Both the position numbers and the translations under genes were made by a program. A stretch of DNA of 64,000 nucleotides from an uncultured bacterium. GTDB lineage: Bacteria; Babelota; Babeliae; Babelales; Vermiphilaceae. Shown one piece after another: positions 41,326-51,574 of the stretch. Location: positions 128,001 to 192,000 of the forward strand of contig CAVSFC010000002.1 in assembly GCA_963727255.1 (NCBI GenBank), read 5' to 3'. Position 1 is the stretch's first letter. Each line of letters opens with the position of its first letter. The notes under the pieces were generated by a model. It was not told where the DNA came from. It ran no database searches and saw only the letters and a program-made list of their open reading frames with translations.

Positions 41326-41541
41326 ATTTTTCCTTTTATAAAAGAGTAAAGGTAATCAAACGCAAAACTAATAATTCTGGCCATCCATTGTCAAGAGAAA
41401 TTGCCTGCGCTTATCCTGAACCCCAAATTTGTAATTTTTTTAGCATGTGATACCCTATTTATACGTATTATACGTATTTTTAACCCTATAACCCTTACCG
41501 CCCGGTAAGATTTGGCTCAAGGCCACAAGGAACATTTCTCT

Positions 41542-43353
41542 ATGTCAAAAGAAGTTATAAAACCCAGTCAATTTGCCCATGCTGATCGCGCAGCGCTGCT
41601 TGAAGAATCAGTGCTCAATAAAAGCGAAGAGCAATTAAAAGATTTAGCTGCTCTTTATACCGGCATGCTTCATAACGTTAACACTGGCAAATTGGTCAAG
41701 GGAACCATCCTCAGAGTTGATAATGATGGCGTTTTAGTTGATATCAACTTTAAATCTGATGGATTTATTCCCCGTTTTGAATTTTCAGAACATGAACTTA
41801 AGAAATTTAAAGCCGGCGATCCAATAGAAGTAATTCTTGATGAATTGGAAAGCAACGAAGGCAGCGTCATTCTTTCGTATGAAAAAGCAAAAGCTCTACG
41901 TGCATGGGATGAGATTACCCGCCTCTTTGAAGAAGGTAAACCTGCTGAAGGTACCGTTACTCATAAGGTTAAAGGTGGCTTGAGCGTTGATATTGGTATT
42001 CCGGCATTCTTGCCCGGCTCTCAAATTGATCTGCAACGGGTTGTTGATTTTGATCAATATGTTGGCCAAACCATCACCGCAGCGATCATTAAAATTAACA
42101 AAAAACGCGGCAATGTTATTATTTCCCGCCGTAAACATCTTTCAGATGCGCGCTCTGAATCACGCAAAAAAGTGCTCGATACGCTCTCTGAAAACCAAGT
42201 TATTCAAGGTATGGTTAAAAACATCACCAACTATGGCGTATTCATAGATATTGGTGGCGTTGATGGCTTATTGCATATCACTGATATGACCTGGGGCCGC
42301 ATTTCACACCCAAGTGAAATGGTAAAAATCGGCGATACTATTACGGTAAAAGTACTCTCATTTGATAAACAAAATGAAAAAATCTCTCTTGGATTAAAAC
42401 AGTTAAGCGATAATCCATGGGAGAAAGCAGCTGAAACTCTTAAAGTTGGTGAAAAGATTAAAGGTAAGATTGCAAGCATCACCGATTATGGCTTATTCGT
42501 AGAAGTTATGAAAGGTGTTGAAGGGCTTGTACACATTTCTGAAGTTTCTTGGACCGATCGCATTAATGATCTTCATAACAAATATAAAGTTGGCCAAGAG
42601 ATTGAAGTGCTCATTGTTTCTCTTGATAAAGAAAACCGCAGAATGTCTTTGAGTGTTAAACAACTTGAAAAAAATCCTTGGGAACAAGTTGAAGAACAAT
42701 TTAAAGTGGGCCAACAGGTTAAAGGCACCATCAGCAACATTACTGATTTTGGTATCTTTGTACAATTGCTCCCCGGAATCGATGGCTTAGTGCACATTTC
42801 TGATCTCTCTTGGACTGAACATATTGATCATCCAAGCGATATCTATAAGAAAGGTGACACGGTTGAAGCGGTTGTCTTGGCAGTTGATAAGAACAACAAG
42901 AAAATATCTCTGGGCATAAAACAGCTCCAGCAAGATCCTTGGGATAATATCGAAAAAGAATATCCGGTTGGAACCCTTGTTGAAGGTTCTGTTTCTAAGA
43001 TCACCAACTTTGGTGCATTTATCAAATTGCCAAGCGGTATCGAAGGGTTAGTTCATATTTCTGAACTTGCAAATCACAATGTTAATAAAGTTGAAGAAGT
43101 GCTCAAAGTTGGTCAAAAAGAGCAATTTAGAGTTATCAACGTTAACAAAGAAGATCGCAAGCTTGGTTTGAGCCTCAAAAAAGATGGCGAAATTAAAGAA
43201 CAACAGCCACGATCTGAATCAAAGGCAAGCAGACCTGCTCCGGCAGAAAAAGCTGAAAAACAAAAACCTATCTCACCAAAAGCTAAAAACTTGTTCCAAT
43301 TAGAGTTGGAAAAGTATGCAGCACGCAAGAAAGGCGAAGACGACAATGATTGA
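41542..43353 (+). CDS. rpsA: 30S ribosomal protein S1
   Basis: Six S1 repeats (AFLPGSQID, DGLLHITD, EGLVHISE, etc.). Confidence 0.97.
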   Translation: MSKEVIKPSQFAHADRAALLEESVLNKSEEQLKDLAALYTGMLHNVNTGKLVKGTILRVDNDGVLVDINFKSDGFIPRFEFSEHELKKFKAGDPIEVILDELESNEGSVILSYEKAKALRAWDEITRLFEEGKPAEGTVTHKVKGGLSVDIGIPAFLPGSQIDLQRVVDFDQYVGQTITAAIIKINKKRGNVIISRRKHLSDARSESRKKVLDTLSENQVIQGMVKNITNYGVFIDIGGVDGLLHITDMTWGRISHPSEMVKIGDTITVKVLSFDKQNEKISLGLKQLSDNPWEKAAETLKVGEKIKGKIASITDYGLFVEVMKGVEGLVHISEVSWTDRINDLHNKYKVGQEIEVLIVSLDKENRRMSLSVKQLEKNPWEQVEEQFKVGQQVKGTISNITDFGIFVQLLPGIDGLVHISDLSWTEHIDHPSDIYKKGDTVEAVVLAVDKNNKKISLGIKQLQQDPWDNIEKEYPVGTLVEGSVSKITNFGAFIKLPSGIEGLVHISELANHNVNKVEEVLKVGQKEQFRVINVNKEDRKLGLSLKKDGEIKEQQPRSESKASRPAPAEKAEKQKPISPKAKNLFQLELEKYAARKKGEDDND

Positions 43354-43756
43354 ACGCACCTTTGCGATGATCAAACCCGATGCAGTCGCTGCTAAAAACA
43401 GCGGCAAAATCATCGATATGATTGAACAAAATGGCTTTACTATTCTTGGCATGCGTAAACTTACGATCGATAAAAAGAAAGCGGAAGAGTTTTATGCCGT
43501 GCACAAAGAACGCCCATTTTTTGGCGAGTTGGTCTCATTTGTAACTTCTGGACCGGTAGTCATCATGGCACTCGAACGCGATAATGCGGTAAAAGCATGG
43601 CGCGATTTGATGGGAGCTACTGATTCTCGCAAAGCTGATAAAGGTACCATTCGTAATCTGTTTGGCACCGATATTGGCAAAAATGCAGCCCATGGTTCAG
43701 ATTCAGTTGAAAACGCCAAGATTGAATTAAAGCTATTTTTCCCTGAATTAAAATAG
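43346..43756 (+). CDS. ndk: Nucleoside diphosphate kinase
   Basis: ERTFAMIKPDAV, FYAVHKERPFF, GTIR, NAAHGSDS. Confidence 0.97.
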   Translation: MIERTFAMIKPDAVAAKNSGKIIDMIEQNGFTILGMRKLTIDKKKAEEFYAVHKERPFFGELVSFVTSGPVVIMALERDNAVKAWRDLMGATDSRKADKGTIRNLFGTDIGKNAAHGSDSVENAKIELKLFFPELK

Positions 43757-43767
43757 GCAAAACAATG

Positions 43768-43797
43768 AACGGGGGAACTTTTGTTCCCCCGTTTTTT
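43768..43797 (+). terminator. Intrinsic terminator of rpsA-ndk
   Basis: aacgggggaac-tttt-gttcccccgtt followed by a T run. Confidence 0.85.
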
Positions 43798-43902
43798 ATC
43801 CTTCGATATGAATCCTTCATCAAAACTAAGGACTCTACTCAGGATGTGTGTCGAAAAAGCACACATGGTGAGTGCCTTGCGAAGCGAGGTGTATCGAACC
43901 AT
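43798..43902. repeat. Intergenic type A palindromic element
   Basis: ccttcgata-[hairpin]-actcagga, tgtgtg/cacaca stem, tggtgag-[hairpin]-tcgaacca; same layout as the recD2 insert. Confidence 0.75.
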
Positions 43903-43936
43903 CGAAACAAAATAAAAATACTAAGAGAGGATACCT

Positions 43937-44149
43937 ATGAAAATCACCAATTCAAATTTCTATTTCATCATATTCACCGCACTAGCAGCATTATTAATAA
44001 TCGGTATGTACTTTTTTTCTCGCCAAGGAAACTGCTGTGGCGACTGCCATGTTCATGGTGAGCATGCAACAGAGCAGGTAATGCAAACCCCAGCTGAACA
44101 ACCAAGCAGCGAAACAACAGCAACAGAAAATTCTGAGCCACACAATTGA
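43937..44149 (+). CDS. Small membrane-anchored protein with Cys/His cluster
   Basis: RBS gagg, one TM helix, then CCGDCHVHGEH. Confidence 0.7.
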   Translation: MKITNSNFYFIIFTALAALLIIGMYFFSRQGNCCGDCHVHGEHATEQVMQTPAEQPSSETTATENSEPHN

Positions 44150-44215
44150 AAATATTCTTTCTAAAATTATAATTAGGGAACGTAAACTCGTTCCCTTTTT
44201 TTTAAAGGAAAAAAA

Positions 44216-44767
44216 ATGAAGCTTTTAATCTGCGTTTTTATAGTAGCAAGCTCTCTATGCGCAATGGAAAAAAAATACACAGCGCTATCAGCTGCTGAAA
44301 AAATCTCTTTGCTTAATGCAATAACTGATGGCTCGCTTAAATCTCATGACCGCTATCTTGAATTTCCTGCATTTTTTAAAAACCAGCACAAAGAAATTAT
44401 TTATTTTCAATCTTATAAAGATATTTTAGGCTATTTAAAAAAAGTAACTCATCATTGCAAATGGCCGGATAAGGAGGACTGGTTTATGCGAGCAGAAGTC
44501 TTTGCAAATGAAAATCCAGGTTTTCTTCAAACGGGTGGAACGGAAGAAAATAATAAAAAATTTAAATCAATAATGTCGCAAATTTTTGCATATGATGTTT
44601 GGGGATTGTCTGGCAGACGGGAAAAGAACTGGAAAAATTTTTTAATTGCTCTGAATAACCGCGATAAAAAATACATCAATGATCTTATGCAAAAAGTAGC
44701 AGATCGCGATAAACGTTTTGCTGCCCTTGATAGAGAATTCCCAGCCTTGGCAAGTCTTGATCAATGA
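44216..44767 (+). CDS. Secreted hypothetical protein
   Basis: Signal peptide ending LCA|MEK. Confidence 0.75.
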   Translation: MKLLICVFIVASSLCAMEKKYTALSAAEKISLLNAITDGSLKSHDRYLEFPAFFKNQHKEIIYFQSYKDILGYLKKVTHHCKWPDKEDWFMRAEVFANENPGFLQTGGTEENNKKFKSIMSQIFAYDVWGLSGRREKNWKNFLIALNNRDKKYINDLMQKVADRDKRFAALDREFPALASLDQ

Positions 44768-44777
44768 TACAAAAAAA

Positions 44778-45707
44778 TTATTTGCCCTGTTCTTTTTCTT
44801 CTGATTCCAACCACTGTAACTTCTTTGTGACATGTTCAAGCATATGCTCTTGAAATGGAGTGCGATTGATGCAGGATTCGAATACAGTCTTTTCTAAGGT
44901 TAGCAATTTCTTTTTAGTCTTTTTCTTTTTTTCAAGAAGGTCTCTTTGTTGCGAAAACCAGGCATAAAACATTGATGCCTGGCCTTCAAGAAGCTTAGCA
45001 AGTTGATTTTCATCTTTTAGAAATTTATTGAGCAGAGTCTGTCTGACTAGTCCAAGTTTTTGATTTTGTGCTGTTATTTCCGGAGTAGAATTATATGGAA
45101 GATTATTTAATCGCTCAAAAAACATCGCAAGTGCCGGCCAATTGCTCCGATCAAGCGCAAGATCAATAGGCGTTTTTTTCTGATTGTCTTCTATCAGCAA
45201 TAAAGATAGATCATAATCCCTAAAGTATTCATTCTTATATAAAATATATAAAAGTGCATTAACAGTCATTGCTACCTGAGGAGCATATTCTTTTTCATGC
45301 TTATTTCTCGCTAGGATATGCAACGGGGTAGTTCCTTCATTATCTTGTTCTCTCACATTCACTTTTTTTGATAACAAAGTATATACTGCTTCTTGGTTGG
45401 CGACTTTTGCAGCATAATGTAACCCATTTTTACCATCCTGTGAGATCGCATCCGGCGCTGCGCCTTTTTCCAGAAGATACTTCATTTTCTCAGGTTGATT
45501 TACTTCAATACTATGATGCAACAGCATCATGCCATTTTTATCTACCAATTTAACTAACCCCGGCGAAGCATCAATCACCGCTTTAAATTTATCAAAATCG
45601 GATGTTCTTAGATCCGAAACCAATGTTTCAATAGAATTGTATTTCTCCATGCCCATGATCATTGATGCTGGTAACGCAATCAGTAGACCAAACAAGATTT
45701 TATTCAT
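44778..45707 (-). CDS. Secreted ankyrin-repeat protein
   Basis: Signal peptide; G.MLLH, GKNGLHYAA, GTTPLHILA and KTPIDLA ankyrin repeats. Confidence 0.88.
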   Translation of the reverse strand: MNKILFGLLIALPASMIMGMEKYNSIETLVSDLRTSDFDKFKAVIDASPGLVKLVDKNGMMLLHHSIEVNQPEKMKYLLEKGAAPDAISQDGKNGLHYAAKVANQEAVYTLLSKKVNVREQDNEGTTPLHILARNKHEKEYAPQVAMTVNALLYILYKNEYFRDYDLSLLLIEDNQKKTPIDLALDRSNWPALAMFFERLNNLPYNSTPEITAQNQKLGLVRQTLLNKFLKDENQLAKLLEGQASMFYAWFSQQRDLLEKKKKTKKKLLTLEKTVFESCINRTPFQEHMLEHVTKKLQWLESEEKEQGK

Positions 45708-45842
45708 AATTACCCTGTTAACGAATCAGTTCTAGATTTTTTGAAGAGACTAGTAAAGATTGCTTGAACGGTCAAACGAAATTGAAAATGTTGTTTGGCA
45801 AGCTATACTCAATAGTTATTAACACATAAAAAAGAGAGATGT

Positions 45843-46541
45843 ATGAAAAAAAATTATCTTATAATTGCAAGTGCCGCATTGCTATTTATTGGCACATTAT
45901 TTTTCTATCACCGCCAAAAGCCATCACAAAAAATGTATACCACGCAAGAAATTAATCAGATCATCGATGATGTTTATACCGATGTGAGCGGATTTAGCAT
46001 TGCGATGCACGAGCGTGAATTTATTGAAGATCAGGGCGGCAACCCTACCTATGGAGAAATCACTATAGAATCAGTTGCAAAGTTATTAAGTGATTTACAT
46101 TTAACCGCAAAAGATTACTTTTTTGATTTAGGTTCAGGCGTTGGTAAAGTCTGCGTGCAAGCAGCACTCACAACCCCTGCTTATGCAATTGGGGTTGAAC
46201 TTTCACCCACCCGTTATCAAGGCGCTCAGTTAATCAAAGATGAACTCATCAAACGCACAATTCTGACTAATCCAGATAAACTAACGTTTATTGAGCAAAA
46301 TATTACTAATGCTAATTTGAGTAAAGCGACAGTGATCTTCATGTGCTCAACATGTTTTTCTGATTCATTAATGGAAACGCTCGCCAATAAAATGGCGCAC
46401 GAATGCAATCCCGGACTGCGTGTTATAACACTTAAAAGCCTGCCGCAGCATGAGCAATTTGTTTTGATTAAAAAATATGAACTTCCCATGACATGGTCAC
46501 AAGGCTCGCCAGTATATTTGTACGAACTTCAACGAAGCTGA
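45843..46541 (+). CDS. DOT1-like class I SAM-dependent methyltransferase with N-terminal signal anchor
   Basis: TYGE, FFDLGSGVGK, GVE motifs in DOT1-like spacing. Confidence 0.75.
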   Translation: MKKNYLIIASAALLFIGTLFFYHRQKPSQKMYTTQEINQIIDDVYTDVSGFSIAMHEREFIEDQGGNPTYGEITIESVAKLLSDLHLTAKDYFFDLGSGVGKVCVQAALTTPAYAIGVELSPTRYQGAQLIKDELIKRTILTNPDKLTFIEQNITNANLSKATVIFMCSTCFSDSLMETLANKMAHECNPGLRVITLKSLPQHEQFVLIKKYELPMTWSQGSPVYLYELQRS

Positions 46542-47608
46542 CTTTTCCATTTTGGAATCAAATTATGAGCATCAACTGAATAAATGGCAAACCCATTAAT
46601 AGCCACTTTATTACATTTTAATGTTTTAATCGTATGCGGAAATGCCATGCCAAAACCATAGAGATTAGGGGCGATAATTCCAGTTTTTTCATCACAGGTA
46701 TAATCATAACTCCCATTAACGCTTAGTGGGTTTCTTTCAAATCCAATCGCATAAATCACCTTATTGCATAAGTGAAGATAACGATCTCGATTTTCTTGCG
46801 TATTTTTTACCCTTATCAGATTTTCTGGTGGTTTTTGTTCTAAAATACTTTTAACCCACTCTTTGGTTATCCCTTCCAAGCTTTCAGCTCCGGGTATTCG
46901 GTACTGATAGGGGGTTGTGTAAAAATTGATTATCTGCTTTACCCCTAATTCAGACAAATATTTTAGCATCAGCATTGCTGAATGCATGCCACCAAAAACG
47001 GCAATACGATCATCTGCGCAAACATACCTTGCGAGTTTATTTTTATCCAAAGCTTCATCTAAATAAATTTCCTGCAATTCATACTCAAGCTTCTTTGGAT
47101 AGCCACCAATCGCTAAAATTACTTTACGAGCACCAATTTTAGTAGTGCCACATTCTAATAACCATCCATCATTATTGCTTGTAAGAGCCAGTACCGTATC
47201 TTGCAAAGAATTAACTAATGATCGTAAATAATTTGTTGCATCAACAAGCGGATCTATAATGATTTTTAATGGAAGAAATTCATTTGGGTTACAGGAAAAA
47301 AGTGTATCGCGGCTTGCACAAGGAAATTTTTTTAAGACCGGGCATATATTAAAATAGGATTGTAAAATTTGTATCTTAGAGTTGGCAGGCACGTTACGAT
47401 AATATTTGCCCATTCTGCCGACATTAAATTCTGGATCAATCCAAAAAATAGTTGATGGTTCGACACCGAATTCTAATAAAACCGCTACAGTGGTTATACC
47501 TGCAAGCCCGCCACCAATTACAGCCCATTCATAGTTATTTGATGGGAAGGCACTTTTTTGAGTTGCCAGTAAAAATAGTAAATAGATATATAATAATTTT
47601 TTAGTCAT
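46529..47608 (-). CDS. FAD/NAD(P)-dependent oxidoreductase with signal peptide
   Basis: AVIGGGLAG Rossmann motif, VILAIG, second degenerate AVFGG.HSA. Confidence 0.75.
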   Translation of the reverse strand: MTKKLLYIYLLFLLATQKSAFPSNNYEWAVIGGGLAGITTVAVLLEFGVEPSTIFWIDPEFNVGRMGKYYRNVPANSKIQILQSYFNICPVLKKFPCASRDTLFSCNPNEFLPLKIIIDPLVDATNYLRSLVNSLQDTVLALTSNNDGWLLECGTTKIGARKVILAIGGYPKKLEYELQEIYLDEALDKNKLARYVCADDRIAVFGGMHSAMLMLKYLSELGVKQIINFYTTPYQYRIPGAESLEGITKEWVKSILEQKPPENLIRVKNTQENRDRYLHLCNKVIYAIGFERNPLSVNGSYDYTCDEKTGIIAPNLYGFGMAFPHTIKTLKCNKVAINGFAIYSVDAHNLIPKWKSQLR

Positions 47609-47801
47609 TACACTCTTAAAAAGAGAAAATTACTGTTTTTAGTACCCTAAGGCAATCTTACATTTTAAGCAAGAAATGGGAATCATAAGCAAAAAGGTTG
47701 GCCACAAGGCTTAACTAAACGCTTCATCTAAAATGCTTTACTAGACCTGCCAATTTGTGCTAATTTAATTTTAGACTTTAAATCCGCACAAAGGAATAGC
47801 C

Positions 47802-48989
47802 ATGTTATTCAAAAGAGACAGTGTAAAAAAACTGAAAAGACTTAGAAAGTTCCCTGTCATAGCCATTCTAGGGCCAAGGCAATCAGGTAAAACTACACTC
47901 GCTAAAAATTATTTTAAGAAGTATGCCTATTTTTCTTTTGAAAATCCCATGACACGCGAATTCGCAACTGCTGATCCAGAAAGATTCTTGAGAGAACATG
48001 AAAATAAATATGGTATAATCCTCGATGAATTTCAAAATGCTCCTGAAATCCTTTCTTACATTCAACTCGAAGTCGATGAAAAAAAACGGCCTGGATATTT
48101 TGTTCTCACTGGTTCTCAAAATTATTTAATGAATGAAAAAATATCTCAATCATTGGCAGGAAGAGTCGGAATTCTCACCTTATTGCCGCTTTCATTGCAT
48201 GAATTGAAAGAAAATAAGCTCTGGGATTCTAATATCGATACCCTAATGATCAAAGGTTTTTATCCTCGAATATACAGCGAAAAGTTAGAACCCTATGATG
48301 TATATCCAAATTATATTCAGACATATATTGAGCGAGATGTCCGTCAACTAAGCAATATCGGCGACTTACATGCATTTCAAAAATTTATGGCGCTTTGTGC
48401 TGGAAGAATTGGCCAACAATTAAACTTAACCGATATCGCAACCAATTGTAGCATCAGCGTACCTACCGCAAACAAATGGCTCTCCATTTTAGAAGCAGGG
48501 TATATTGTATATATTCTTCAGCCATATCATAAAAATTATAATAAAAGGCTCACGAAATCACCAAAACTATATTTTTACGATACCGGCCTTGCTTGCAGTC
48601 TTTTGGGTATAACTTCACCCTCAATAATCAGCGTTAGCCCTTTTAGAGGGCATATATTTGAAAATTTAATTATTGGCGATCTATGCAAACAATATTTTAA
48701 TCAGGGCAAACGCCCACCACTTTATTTTTGGAGAGAGCAAAATGGTAGAATTGAGATAGATTGCATTATTGATCAAGCAACAAAATTGAATGCTATCGAA
48801 ATTAAATCTTCAGAGACAACTACCTCTGCATTTCTTGATGCTTTAGCAGAATGGAATGAACTCTCAAAAACAAATCCGGAAGATAATTATCTTATTTATG
48901 CGGGTAAATATAATCAAAAAAGAAGCCGTGGAAATGTGATGAGCTGGCAATCAATTGGAACATTGATTACTACTTTAGAGGAAAAATAA
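47802..48989 (+). CDS. AAA+ ATPase with DUF4143 C-terminal domain
   Basis: GPRQSGKTT, LDEFQ, LTGS, SLAGR, KSPKLYFYDTGL, FEN, EID..AIEIK. Confidence 0.9.
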   Translation: MLFKRDSVKKLKRLRKFPVIAILGPRQSGKTTLAKNYFKKYAYFSFENPMTREFATADPERFLREHENKYGIILDEFQNAPEILSYIQLEVDEKKRPGYFVLTGSQNYLMNEKISQSLAGRVGILTLLPLSLHELKENKLWDSNIDTLMIKGFYPRIYSEKLEPYDVYPNYIQTYIERDVRQLSNIGDLHAFQKFMALCAGRIGQQLNLTDIATNCSISVPTANKWLSILEAGYIVYILQPYHKNYNKRLTKSPKLYFYDTGLACSLLGITSPSIISVSPFRGHIFENLIIGDLCKQYFNQGKRPPLYFWREQNGRIEIDCIIDQATKLNAIEIKSSETTTSAFLDALAEWNELSKTNPEDNYLIYAGKYNQKRSRGNVMSWQSIGTLITTLEEK

Positions 48990-49045
48990 ATACTACAAAC
49001 TTCGCGATCAGTAAAAATTTATTTTTCTTTTTTAAGAAAAAGAAG

Positions 49046-49591
49046 CTATTCCTTTTCTGTTGGAACTTCAGCTTCAGGCTTCATCTCAGCTTCGCGGCCC
49101 ATTTTCTTGACTGCCTCATCAAGAATACCATTTACAAATTTATACGCATCACGTTCTGCAAAACATTTAGCAAGTTCTATAGCCTCATTCATCACAATGT
49201 TTGCCGAAGTTTGGGTATTATGCAATTCCCAAAGGGCTAGCCGCAGAATTAATTTGGTGCAAAGTCCAATCCGATCAAACCGCCAATTGTGCAAAAGTGG
49301 CTTAATGGTTTCATCAAGCTGGTCACGAGTATCAATCACGGTTTTAGCAACTTTAAAAACTTCACTATCAATAGGTATTGCTAACTCGAAACCGCGATTA
49401 AAATTATCTGTAATTGATTCTAATGAGGCACTATAATCAAATGCATCCATTGCATACAGCAAATGTAACACTAATGATCGCACATCTCGGCGGGATAAAT
49501 CATTATAAGAAACTGGCCGATCCAATTCTTCAAGATGCTGATTATGATTAATATCAGAACAAGCGTTGCTCATCTGGGTAAACTCCATCAT
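49046..49591 (-). CDS. nusB: Transcription antitermination factor NusB
   Basis: WRFDRI, ILRLALWEL, NEAIELAK.F, KFVNGILD; follows efp. Confidence 0.93.
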   Translation of the reverse strand: MMEFTQMSNACSDINHNQHLEELDRPVSYNDLSRRDVRSLVLHLLYAMDAFDYSASLESITDNFNRGFELAIPIDSEVFKVAKTVIDTRDQLDETIKPLLHNWRFDRIGLCTKLILRLALWELHNTQTSANIVMNEAIELAKCFAERDAYKFVNGILDEAVKKMGREAEMKPEAEVPTEKE

Positions 49592-49600
49592 GCTATGATA

Positions 49601-50170
49601 TTATTTTTTGATTCGTTCAAGATACGTTGATGTACGTGTGTCAATTTTAAGAACGTCACCTTCATTGATAAATAAAGGAACTTGAATGACGAGGCCCGTT
49701 TCAAGAGTTGCCGGTTTATAACCTGCGCCTTGGGCAGTATCACCACGAACACCCGGAGGAGTTTCCTTGACTTCTAACTCCATAAAAAGAGGAGGAGTGA
49801 CCGCAATTGGTTTTTCTGAGAAATAAAGAACCGTATAAATAGTCTGTTCTTTAAGGAAATCTAAGACTTCATCAAGCTGGCTTTTATTGAGAACAACTTG
49901 TTCATAGGATTCTTGATCCATGAAATTATAATCATCGCCTTCAGCATATAAGTACTGCATTTGTTTATATTCAAGATTTGGATCAGGGAATTTTTCACCG
50001 GATCGGAAAAGCTCTTCATGAACAAGGCCGGTAAGCATGTTTTTCATTCTAGTCCGCACAAATGCGCCACCTTTTCCCGGTTTAACGTGATGGTATTCAA
50101 GAACCATATAGGGCGCATCGCGAAATAAGATTTTGGCGCCTTTACGAAAATCTGAAGTAGAAATCACCAT
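49601..50170 (-). CDS. efp: Elongation factor P
   Basis: HVKPGKGGAFVR, MQYLY, PGVRGDTA, KPATLETG, VPLFI. Confidence 0.97.
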   Translation of the reverse strand: MVISTSDFRKGAKILFRDAPYMVLEYHHVKPGKGGAFVRTRMKNMLTGLVHEELFRSGEKFPDPNLEYKQMQYLYAEGDDYNFMDQESYEQVVLNKSQLDEVLDFLKEQTIYTVLYFSEKPIAVTPPLFMELEVKETPPGVRGDTAQGAGYKPATLETGLVIQVPLFINEGDVLKIDTRTSTYLERIKK

Positions 50171-50259
50171 GAATCCTTTATAAACAAGTAAGATGTTATA
50201 TGATTTAGTATAGGAAAGCATTTAAAAAATGCAATTATATTTGAATAAAAAGGATTCCC

Positions 50260-51498
50260 ATGCGAACGCTAAACGTTACTGATCCAGAACTCTATACCAT
50301 CATCCATGAAGAAACTCTTCGCCAGGAAAAGGAGTTAACCCTCATTGCCTCTGAGAATTATGCATCAAACGCCGTGTTGCAAGCTTCCGGATCGGTTCTT
50401 ACTAATAAATATGCAGAGGGATATCCAGGCAAGCGGTATTATGCGGGGTGTAACTTTGTAGATCAAGCAGAATTACTGGCCATAGCACGCTGTAAAAAAC
50501 TTTTTAATGCTGAGCATGCCAACGTTCAACCGCATGCCGGTTCTCAGGCAAATATGGCAGTTTATTTCAGTGTTCTCAAACCTGGAGATACCATTATGGG
50601 CATGAGTTTGGCAGAAGGGGGCCATTTAACGCATGGACATTCAGTTAATTTTTCGGGTAATCTCTATAAATCAATAGCGTACGGAGTCAATAAAGATACT
50701 GAACTCATTGATTTTGATCAGATTGAAAAGCTTGCACGCCAACATAAACCCAAACTGATCATCGCGGGCGCTTCCGCCTATTCACGCATCATTGATTTCG
50801 ATCATTTTTCACGGATTGCTCAAAGCATAGGCGCCTATTTTATGGCCGATATAGCCCATATCGCCGGCCTTATTGCCGCCCATTTGCATCCAAGCCCTCT
50901 TGCAAAGGCTGATTTTGTAACCAGCACGACTCATAAAACTCTCCGGGGACCGCGCGGCGGCTTGGTAATGTGCAAACAAATCCATGCTGAAGCTCTTGAT
51001 AGAGCTATTATGCCCGGATCTCAGGGAGGGCCATTTATGCAGGTTATTGCGGCAAAAGCGGTTGCTTTTCAGGAAGCGTTGCAGCCCGATTTTGTTGATT
51101 ATCAAAAGCAGGTGATTATCAATGCTCAAACCTTTGCAAAATCTATGCAAACAATGGGATATCGAATCGTAACGGGTGGCACCGATAATCATCTTTTTAT
51201 TGTTGATTTACGGAGTAAGAATATTACTGGCCGAGCAGCAGAAGCTGCCCTAGAAAAAACCGGTATAAATGTAAGCCGCAGCTGCATTCCTAATGACCCG
51301 CAAAAACCTTGGATAACAAGCGGAATCCGCATCGGTACACCGGCAATAACCACACGGGGAATCGTCAAAGAGCAGGATATTCAAGAAATCGCGCAGCTTA
51401 TTGATGATGTGATAAAAAATCATGAAAATGAGGCGCTTCTCAAGACAATCAAAGAACAGGTACATATTTTTTGCTCTCAGTACCAAATTTATGATTGA
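50260..51498 (+). CDS. glyA: Serine hydroxymethyltransferase
   Basis: [45 protein letters not shown]. Confidence 0.97.
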   Translation: MRTLNVTDPELYTIIHEETLRQEKELTLIASENYASNAVLQASGSVLTNKYAEGYPGKRYYAGCNFVDQAELLAIARCKKLFNAEHANVQPHAGSQANMAVYFSVLKPGDTIMGMSLAEGGHLTHGHSVNFSGNLYKSIAYGVNKDTELIDFDQIEKLARQHKPKLIIAGASAYSRIIDFDHFSRIAQSIGAYFMADIAHIAGLIAAHLHPSPLAKADFVTSTTHKTLRGPRGGLVMCKQIHAEALDRAIMPGSQGGPFMQVIAAKAVAFQEALQPDFVDYQKQVIINAQTFAKSMQTMGYRIVTGGTDNHLFIVDLRSKNITGRAAEAALEKTGINVSRSCIPNDPQKPWITSGIRIGTPAITTRGIVKEQDIQEIAQLIDDVIKNHENEALLKTIKEQVHIFCSQYQIYD

Positions 51499-51574
51499 TA
51501 ATTGACAAATTGGATATTTATATGATAATCTTAGTCTAAACAAAGATCTAAATTAATTTAAGACAAGGATTATC

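Noticed and set aside
43765..44061. 98-aa ORF after ndk
   Set aside because: Runs through a terminator and a palindromic repeat and overlaps a better gene with an RBS (43937).
47802..48989. AAA-DUF4143 as part of a defence system
   Set aside because: Stand-alone member of a widespread family with no partner nuclease or methylase adjacent.
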